DNA from: a virus
Lineage: Duplodnaviria > Caudoviricetes
Virus record (IMG/VR): IMGVR_UViG_3300035228_001973
Span: 32,001 to 96,000 of that record
Reading direction: 5' to 3' (one strand)
Length of the DNA: 64,000 nt
Shown here piece by piece: positions 57,169 to 64,000 of this stretch (the first letter of the stretch is position 1; every line of letters starts with the position of its first letter). A program made the position numbers and the translations under genes. The notes beneath the pieces are model-generated. The model ran no database searches, had not been told where the DNA came from, and saw only the letters and a list, made by a program, of their open reading frames with translations.

Positions 57169-60100
57169 CTATAGAGGTATACAATCTTCGTCACCTGTGG
57201 CGAAACATTCACCACCGTATAGTGAGGTAACTGCACCATATACTCCGGTATTTGGACCTGATGTCTCCTTTTCTACTTTAGCTACTCTGTAAGTGTTATC
57301 ATTACCTTCCCCTGTCTGACCATCACCATTATCGACCCTAAAAGCAAACCATGCAGGGTTGTCTTGATTTCCACCCCAATCTTGTAATCCGTAGATGAAT
57401 GAAGGCTGGTAAAAAACGCCATCGTAAGTCATCGGAGTATTGATAGAGTAAGCGATATCACAGAACGTATTACAAGGAATAGCACCTCCCGAAATCCATG
57501 CACTAAATTCACCACTTGGTTGTGAACTAGGTGTTGGTGTAGGTGTGGTCGTTGTTGTAGGTGTAGGTGTTGGCGAATCAATTGGTGTAGTTGTAGGTGT
57601 CGGTGTTGGCGTCGGTGTCGGACTTTGTGATGGTAATGGTGCATCGTCGCTAGGACATTGAGTACAGTTAGGGTATCCTGTATCTAAACTTAACGAGTAT
57701 GATGGTCCTACGTAACCTGTTATATCTTCAACATATTCCCAACATCCTGGTACTTCATTAAATGTTGAAACATTATTAGCTCCAGGATTAACAACATTTA
57801 ATCCATATAATGTATCAGTATTTGTTTGTTGTGTACCTGAGAATACTATATCATAAAACTGAGTTTGTCGTTGTGATGAGGTTAAGTAACCAAATCGAGT
57901 ACCTCCCGTAAATCTTTCCAACTCATCACCAACGGCGTATGAAGGTTTGTCTGTCCATGTCGAATCATCAGTTAAATCTATAGAAACTAATAACGTATAT
58001 GGGTTAGTTGAACCTATAGGTATTTGCCCACTTCCATTACCCATTTTACCTGTATTGTATATGCTAATAGTTGTATTGGTTTTTATAACTTTAAATCTAA
58101 TTTGACCCTTATTATTGTAATTACCCGAACCAAATGGTGAAGTACTTTTCCATACTATAGTATTGAAATTACCTGAACCATCAGTAAACGATTGAGTATT
58201 GTTATTTTGATTGAAGACTATTCTAGCAAAATTATTATCACCGTTTAACATAAGGTATAACGTTTGTGTTTGACCTGAAGGACCATACACTCCACTCTCA
58301 TCCTTAAATGCGGCTAAAACAAGACCTATAGTATCATTATCGGTCGCAGTACTACCCAAAGTTACTTCATGGTTATATTCATTATAACCACATGTTGAGT
58401 AAAACCCATTCATTAATCCACTATTTTGTGAACATTCAATCATTTTTGTAACTCCACCCGCATCTGTAATTTTATTGATTGCCGTCACAACTGTATTAGA
58501 TACACCACTAACGGTTAGATTACTATTCGCTAAAGAGGATGTAGACCAATTACTTGATGTAGTTAAAAATCTTGTAGCTGTCGGATTACCATATGCTAAT
58601 CCTGTGTCTTGTGTTGGATTCCATGTTGACCATTTCCAACCATTACTAGCACCTTTAACATTATACCAAACTACAAATTTATTAATAAAATCATTATAAT
58701 AGAATTTACCACTGTCCGCATTGTTTTGTGATAAACCTGAAGGCCCAGTGTTTTCACCTTCGAACATCGGATAACTATAAACACCTAAATAATTAGATGA
58801 CGATGGAGGTGTTGTGGCTCCCGTATAAAAATACATGTTAGGGTCATTAGTGATTATAGTTCCATTTATTTGTAACCCTGATTCACCTGCCCCAGGATAG
58901 TTAATTCCCGCAAAATTAGAAAATCTAACCCAATTACTAATAATTACGTCAGGGTCTGTTTGCTCACCAAATGAAATATCCGTCTCAACACATCCGACAC
59001 CACCACATCTTTCATATACGCTAATAATTTCAGGTAATGGAGTTGGGTCAGGTGTTGTACACTCTAAACAATCGGCATCGATACTATTAACAGAAGTTAA
59101 AATATGTGTTGATGAACCATCAACTTCCTCCTCATACGTTAAACAATATTCCACACCATCTATAGTACCATTGAATGTTGTACCTGATGTTACAGTACCA
59201 CCTGTATAAGGTATTGGTGCAGTAACATAAAATTCTTGTTCTCTACCATTAGGGTCACAATTAGTTAACCTAGCAACTTCACCACAATCAAAATACCCAT
59301 CATCTATTATAAATGTTACCGCTCCACCAACAGGCGTTATACACGCTTGCGGCGTAGAAGTAGGTGTAGGTGTAGGTGTTGGAGTAATATCTTTAATATC
59401 CTCACCTATTATTATTATCGCATCACAATCATTAATTAACGTACTTGTCGGTGTAGGCGTTAATGTTGGTGTAACTGTATTAGTTGGTGTATTAGTTGGA
59501 GTTATAGTGTTAGTCGGAGTATTGGTTGGTGTTGGGCTTGGACTAAGTCCTGGTGTTACTGTTGGAGTAGGAGTTACAGTATTCGTAGGTGTTAAGGTTG
59601 GTGTTATAGTTGGAGTAGGAGTGACAGTATTCGTAGGTGTATTTGTTGGAGTTAAGGTGGGTGTGTTAGTTGGTGTAACAGTTGTAGTATTAGTCGGTGT
59701 AACAGTAGTAGTGTTAGTCGGAGTTAAAGTAGGAGTTAGTGTCGGGGTATTTGTTGGGGTTAATGTCGGAGTATTAGATGGAGTAGGTGTTAGTGTCTCA
59801 GCTGGTGTTGAAGTTACTGTTGAAGTTACTGTTGGTGTTAATGTAGGGGTGTTAGTTGGAGTAACCGTCGCAGTATTAGTAGGTGTATTAGTAGGTGTAT
59901 TAGTCGGCGTATTAGTAGGACTTAACGATGGAGTATTAGTCGGTGTATTTGTTGGAGTGTTAGTTACAGTATTCGTAGGTGTTAAAGTTGGACTTAACGA
60001 TGGGGTGTTAGTCGGAGTATTCGTTGGAGTATTTGTTGGTGTTAATGTAGGGGTGTTAGTCGGTGTATTTGTAGGAGTGTTAGTTGGTGTGTTAGTCGGT

Positions 60101-63100
60101 GTATTTGTAGGAGTGTTAGTTGGTGTGTTAGTCGGTGTATTTGTAGGAGTGTTAGTTGGTGTTGGCGTTATGGTCGCACCAGGTGTTGAGGTTACACTTG
60201 GAGTTATTGTCGGAGTATTAGTAGGTGTTAATGTTGGAGTTACCGTAGATGTGTTTGTTGGCGTTAATGTAGGTGTCGGCGTAGACGTATTTGTAGGTGT
60301 ATTAGTTGGTGTTAATGTAGGTGTATTTGTAGGAGTTAGAGTTGGTGTTACCGTAGACGTATTTGTTGGTGTTAGAGTCGGCGTATTAGTAGGACTTAAC
60401 GATGGAGTATTAGTCGGTGTGTTAGTCGGCGTAATAGTTACAGTATTCGTAGGTGTATTTGTTGGAGTATTTGTAGGAGTATTTGTAGGAGTATTTGTAG
60501 GAGTAGGAGTTATAGTTGCATCAGGCGTTGACGTTACACTTGGAGTTATTGTCGGCGTATTTGTAGGCGTTACCGTAGCGGTATTAGTTGGCGTTAATGT
60601 AGGAGTAACTGTCGCAGTATTAGTCGGAGTTAAAGTAGGTGTATTAGTTGGTGTTAATGTAGGTGTATTAGTTGGAGTTAAGGTAGGAGTATTTGTAGGA
60701 GTAACTGTCGCAGTATTAGTCGGAGTTAATGTAGGACTTAACGATGGTGTATTAGTTGGAGTTAATGTAGGGGTGTTAGTAGGTGTAACAGTTGCAGTAT
60801 TTGTAGGAGTTAAAGTAGGGGTATTTGTAGGGGTAACTGTCGCAGTGTTAGTTGGAGTAACTGTCGCAGTATTAGTTGGAGTTAATGTTGGTGTATTTGT
60901 AGGTGTAGGAGTTATGGTTGCATCAGGCGTTGATGTTACACTTGGAGTTAAGGTAGGAGTATTAGTCGGAGTTAAGGTAGGAGTATTAGTCGGAGTTAAT
61001 GTAGGTGTATTTGTTGGAGTAACTGTCGCAGTATTAGTTGGAGTTAAGGTAGGTGTTAGTGTCGGGGTATTTGTCGGTGTTAAGGTAGGTGTATTACTAG
61101 GTGTAACAGTTGCAGTATTTGTAGGTGTAACTGTCGCAGTATTAGTCGGAGTTAATGTAGGTGTAAGTGTTGCAGTATTAGTCGGAGTTAATGTAGGTGT
61201 AAGTGTTGCAGTATTAGTCGGAGTTAATGTAGGTGTAAGTGTTGCAGTATTAGTTGGAGTTAATGTAGGTGTATTACTAGGTGTAACAGTTGCAGTATTT
61301 GTAGGAGTCAGAGTCGGAGTGTTCGTAGGTGTTACCGTAGGAGTATTAGTAGGTGTAACTGTTGCAGTATTAGTCGGAGTTAATGTAGGCGTTACCGTAG
61401 ATGTGTTTGTTGGAGTTAATGTAGGTGTGTTTGTTGGAGTTAATGTTGGCGTATTTGTAGGTGTGTTTGTTGGAGTATTTGTAGGTGTGTTTGTTGGAGT
61501 TAATGTTGGCGTATTTGTAGGCGTGACTGTCGCAGTATTTGTAGGGGTTAATGTCGGAGTATTACTAGGTGTAACAGTTGCAGTATTTGTAGGTGTAACA
61601 GTTGCAGTATTTGTAGGTGTAACAGTTGCAGTATTTGTAGGTGTTAAAGTAGGAGTTAGCGTCGGAGTATTTGTTGGTGTTAATGTCGGAGTATTACTAG
61701 GTGTAACAGTTGCAGTATTTGTTGGCGTATTTGTTGGGGTTAAGGTAGGAGTTAATGTGGGTGTATTTGTCGGAGTATTAGTTGGTGTAACCGTTGCGGT
61801 ATTAGTTGGAGTTAAGGTAGGTGTATTAGTCGGGGTATTTGTCGGAGTTGGTGTTGGTGTATCTGACGGACAAGTACCACATGATTCACAAGAATTAAAT
61901 AAATCATCAGGAATTAACTTACCATCCTCACCTGCTCCACCTTGCGATTCACCCGTAATCTCATAACAATCACCTAACCATTTTAAATGGGTTCCACCAT
62001 ATTGTACACTAGGTTTTGTAATTCCGTCACTACATGGTACCGTTAATTTTACAACTATTCTTTCTTCAGTACAACAGTCTTCCAATTCTATTGTCCAATA
62101 TTTACAATCAACCTCTTTTTCATAACATTCATCACAATCATCAAAATCGGGAGAGTTAAATACTCCATCAGTACCATCACCCCCAACATTATTAGCGAAA
62201 TAACAACAATTATCAATAAAAAAAACATTGTTATTTGCTACTATATTTCCAGCATCAGCTGAGGGAACTAATATATTTTTACTTAGTATACTTGTACAAC
62301 AGTCATACAGTGTTATTCCCCTATAACTAACAGTTGTTGTCGGTGTTGGTGTTTGTGTTGGAGTTGGACTAATGGAAGGAGATGGTTCCGAACATGGAAA
62401 TAACAACTTACAGTCTTTACATTCTTGTTCTGAATTGGGATTTACTTGTGGTCCACCATTACCTCCAAGTGCGACTAGTTCGTAACATTCATTATTTATC
62501 ACAAAAGTGGAACCTAAGACAGTAAAAGATGGTGCCTCTACATCCAAAAAGAAAGTGTCGTCACAACATTTTGCCGCACGATATCTACTGTAGATTATTT
62601 CAGGTACCGTTGGTGTAGGTGTAGGAGTTGGAGTCGGAGTATTGGATGGAGACTCTCCTGTACAACAATCCGTACAGTCTTCAGAAACACTGTTGATAAT
62701 TACAGTCGTGTTACTTACCGCCTTACTATCAACATCTGTAACAAGATAACAACATTCATCGTTCGGTGCCGGACTATTTACCGTAACCACCTGACCAATA
62801 AATGGACAAGGAAATAAAGAAGGCGTTTGTACCGTAACCCATAATCCATCTAAAGGATACGTACACCCACCTAATTCACCTGAGGGACATACTCCCGTTA
62901 TCTGGTCACAACCTCTTAATTTTATTTTACATGCGGCACTAAGTTGTTGAGTATCACCTGGTGTAATAGGTGTCGTACCTGAATCACCAGGACAATCTAC
63001 ACATCCATTACCTATCCACATTGATTGTATTGTACCAATAAAAGATACTGTTGGCGAGCAACTCGGACAATCACTTATAGGTATCCAACACGAACCATTA

Positions 63101-63666
63101 CCATCAATAAAACCATTAAATCCGACCGCTAGATTCATAGTATTATTAATACATGCGACGTTAAATGAACTATCACAATTTTGAATACATATCGTACCAA
63201 CATTATGTACAACATATCCGTCTAATAAATAATGAAATGGTCCGTGTAAACTAATTGAAATTAAATCCTCCTTATTGGTGGATTTTTCATAACTATAAAT
63301 ATTCTCTAACAATATACTGTCTTCCGTGATTCTTACTAATTTGTGGTCATCACCTAAGTATAAATTATTAACATTTTTAAATTCAAAAGTTTTATTTAAA
63401 GTATTATATACAAGTATTTCCTTATCCCTTAAAGATAGTTCATTAATGGTTATATAATCTTGATTTTCTGTGGAAACTTTATTTACCTCAGATGAAGTAA
63501 ACTCTAATTCATTAATTTCTTTACTTGACCAATATTTAGCTTCTTGAACGTCACCATCATTAGGTAAAACAATAGTTTGCAGAGACATACCCTCTTGAAC
63601 ATCTTCAATATTCAAAAGAGTACCATCAAGTAATAAAACTTTTTGACCTACTTTATATCCAACCAT
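57169..63666 (-). CDS. Giant Hint-domain / Cys-rich / Thr-Pro mucin-like protein
   Basis: N-terminal Hint-like domain ending GYVVHN, several CC...CY modules, about 800 aa of TPTN repeats and a C-terminal beta-rich domain; TATTTATA at 63685-63692. Confidence 0.85.
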   Translation of the reverse strand: MVGYKVGQKVLLLDGTLLNIEDVQEGMSLQTIVLPNDGDVQEAKYWSSKEINELEFTSSEVNKVSTENQDYITINELSLRDKEILVYNTLNKTFEFKNVNNLYLGDDHKLVRITEDSILLENIYSYEKSTNKEDLISISLHGPFHYLLDGYVVHNVGTICIQNCDSSFNVACINNTMNLAVGFNGFIDGNGSCWIPISDCPSCSPTVSFIGTIQSMWIGNGCVDCPGDSGTTPITPGDTQQLSAACKIKLRGCDQITGVCPSGELGGCTYPLDGLWVTVQTPSLFPCPFIGQVVTVNSPAPNDECCYLVTDVDSKAVSNTTVIINSVSEDCTDCCTGESPSNTPTPTPTPTPTVPEIIYSRYRAAKCCDDTFFLDVEAPSFTVLGSTFVINNECYELVALGGNGGPQVNPNSEQECKDCKLLFPCSEPSPSISPTPTQTPTPTTTVSYRGITLYDCCTSILSKNILVPSADAGNIVANNNVFFIDNCCYFANNVGGDGTDGVFNSPDFDDCDECYEKEVDCKYWTIELEDCCTEERIVVKLTVPCSDGITKPSVQYGGTHLKWLGDCYEITGESQGGAGEDGKLIPDDLFNSCESCGTCPSDTPTPTPTNTPTNTPTLTPTNTATVTPTNTPTNTPTLTPTLTPTNTPTNTATVTPSNTPTLTPTNTPTLTPTLTPTNTATVTPTNTATVTPTNTATVTPSNTPTLTPTNTATVTPTNTPTLTPTNTPTNTPTNTPTNTPTLTPTNTPTLTPTNTSTVTPTLTPTNTATVTPTNTPTVTPTNTPTLTPTNTATVTPSNTPTLTPTNTATLTPTLTPTNTATLTPTLTPTNTATLTPTLTPTNTATVTPTNTATVTPSNTPTLTPTNTPTLTPTLTPTNTATVTPTNTPTLTPTNTPTLTPTNTPTLTPSVTSTPDATITPTPTNTPTLTPTNTATVTPTNTATVTPTNTPTLTPTNTATVTPTNTPTLTPTNTPSLSPTLTPTNTATVTPTNTPTLTPTNTPTLTPTNTPTLTPTNTATVTPTLTPTNTATVTPTNTPTITPSVTSTPDATITPTPTNTPTNTPTNTPTNTPTNTVTITPTNTPTNTPSLSPTNTPTLTPTNTSTVTPTLTPTNTPTLTPTNTPTNTSTPTPTLTPTNTSTVTPTLTPTNTPTITPSVTSTPGATITPTPTNTPTNTPTNTPTNTPTNTPTNTPTNTPTNTPTNTPTLTPTNTPTNTPTNTPSLSPTLTPTNTVTNTPTNTPTNTPSLSPTNTPTNTPTNTPTNTATVTPTNTPTLTPTVTSTVTSTPAETLTPTPSNTPTLTPTNTPTLTPTLTPTNTTTVTPTNTTTVTPTNTPTLTPTNTPTNTVTPTPTITPTLTPTNTVTPTPTVTPGLSPSPTPTNTPTNTITPTNTPTNTVTPTLTPTPTSTLINDCDAIIIIGEDIKDITPTPTPTPTSTPQACITPVGGAVTFIIDDGYFDCGEVARLTNCDPNGREQEFYVTAPIPYTGGTVTSGTTFNGTIDGVEYCLTYEEEVDGSSTHILTSVNSIDADCLECTTPDPTPLPEIISVYERCGGVGCVETDISFGEQTDPDVIISNWVRFSNFAGINYPGAGESGLQINGTIITNDPNMYFYTGATTPPSSSNYLGVYSYPMFEGENTGPSGLSQNNADSGKFYYNDFINKFVVWYNVKGASNGWKWSTWNPTQDTGLAYGNPTATRFLTTSSNWSTSSLANSNLTVSGVSNTVVTAINKITDAGGVTKMIECSQNSGLMNGFYSTCGYNEYNHEVTLGSTATDNDTIGLVLAAFKDESGVYGPSGQTQTLYLMLNGDNNFARIVFNQNNNTQSFTDGSGNFNTIVWKSTSPFGSGNYNNKGQIRFKVIKTNTTISIYNTGKMGNGSGQIPIGSTNPYTLLVSIDLTDDSTWTDKPSYAVGDELERFTGGTRFGYLTSSQRQTQFYDIVFSGTQQTNTDTLYGLNVVNPGANNVSTFNEVPGCWEYVEDITGYVGPSYSLSLDTGYPNCTQCPSDDAPLPSQSPTPTPTPTPTTTPIDSPTPTPTTTTTPTPTPSSQPSGEFSAWISGGAIPCNTFCDIAYSINTPMTYDGVFYQPSFIYGLQDWGGNQDNPAWFAFRVDNGDGQTGEGNDNTYRVAKVEKETSGPNTGVYGAVTSLYGGECFATGDEDCIPL
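59440..61860 (-). repeat. Coding tetrapeptide repeat ([12 protein letters not shown]), 12/24-nt period
   Basis: Degenerate ggtgtattagtt-type units with variable third codon positions. Confidence 0.9.
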
Positions 63667-63720
63667 ATAACTAAATACTTTCTATATAAATAATCGCATA
63701 AGCGATTTTGTGACATTTTA

Positions 63721-64000
63721 TTATGACTCTTTTCTTAATTTACCATCATAGTGGTCAAATCGGTCATGTTCTGTTGGTGTAAGTAATAAAATACCGGGGT
63801 TTATATTACCCTTTACGGTTTCTTGAAAAATATATGACATCCAAGTCTGTTCAAATGGTCTTTCCCACTTTTCAGTTAAAAACATTTTTTTATTACCATA
63901 TTTAGAGACCAATTGAGGCCAATTACAGTAATATATCTCACCATGAGCATATGGTACACCATTAAAGGAGTCTATTTTAGTTAATTTAGTCTTAGGTGCG
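63721..64000 (-). CDS. C-terminal part of a gene entering from the right edge (possibly glycosyltransferase-like)
   Basis: The frame is open to the edge: APKTKLTKIDSFNGVPYAHGEIYYCNWPQLVSKYGNKKMFL...PFEQTWM...EHDRFDHY. The function is a guess. Confidence 0.6.
   Translation of the reverse strand, partial: APKTKLTKIDSFNGVPYAHGEIYYCNWPQLVSKYGNKKMFLTEKWERPFEQTWMSYIFQETVKGNINPGILLLTPTEHDRFDHYDGKLRKES

Noticed and set aside
59440-61860. Possible CRISPR array or non-coding tandem repeat
   Set aside because: The units are degenerate at third codon positions, in frame and without unique spacers, so this is a coding repeat.
59507-61966. 819-aa + strand Val/Gly ORF (and the similar 56097-56390 ORF)
   Set aside because: This is the antisense of the TPTN repeats, whose codons give no stops in that frame; there is no independent sign of expression.
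63202-63666. Canonical splicing intein
   Set aside because: There is no N-terminal nucleophile, no +1 Cys/Ser/Thr and no endonuclease; it is retained only as a cleavage-type Hint.
1-64000. Stop-codon reassignment as seen in some large phages
   Set aside because: Recognisable genes are full length under code 11, and TAG and TGA terminate genes at expected ends (for example sigma, RuvC, CysK).
1-64000. Eukaryotic giant virus (NCLDV) origin, suggested by PLOD and collagens
   Set aside because: Bacterial sigma factor, TOPRIM primase, SbcCD, amidase, S74 chaperones, overlapping operons and Bacteroidota promoters all indicate a bacteriophage.
1-64000. tRNA, rRNA, integrase or transposase genes
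   Set aside because: None was recognised by eye and intergenic gaps are short; tRNAscan-SE or Infernal would be needed to exclude small RNAs.

Overview
This window is a 64-kb, AT-rich, gene-dense segment of a large (probably jumbo) dsDNA tailed phage, with most genes on the minus strand and the standard genetic code. The host is probably Bacteroidota: there are TAnnTTTG promoters, a Bacteroidota-type RpoD, an Hc1 histone-like protein and SprB repeats. The left end has three tandem, translationally coupled giant Lys-rich collagen fibre genes; two end in peptidase S74 chaperones and the third runs off the window edge. The middle carries metabolic and replication genes (Grx, Trx, GSII, Dam, DnaJ, sigma factor, dCMP deaminase, RmlB, an epimerase, SbcC/D, CysK, primase, RuvC) and a late/lysis block. 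The right end has virion-type proteins, including a 2165-aa Hint / Cys-rich / Thr-Pro mucin-like protein. The most notable feature is an apparent split, animal-like PLOD collagen-modification system: a PLOD glycosyltransferase plus accessory-domain gene (19372-20802), two PLOD-type lysyl-hydroxylase genes (47542-48932) and sugar-nucleotide enzymes, in the same genome as collagens full of the X-Lys-Gly substrate motif. Other candidates are a degenerate MetK-fold pseudoenzyme, a cleavage-only N-terminal Hint domain, an SbcD C-terminal domain apparently relocated onto SbcC, and a TATTTATA late-promoter motif. All assignments come from motif recognition by eye; no database search was run, so novelty is unverified.
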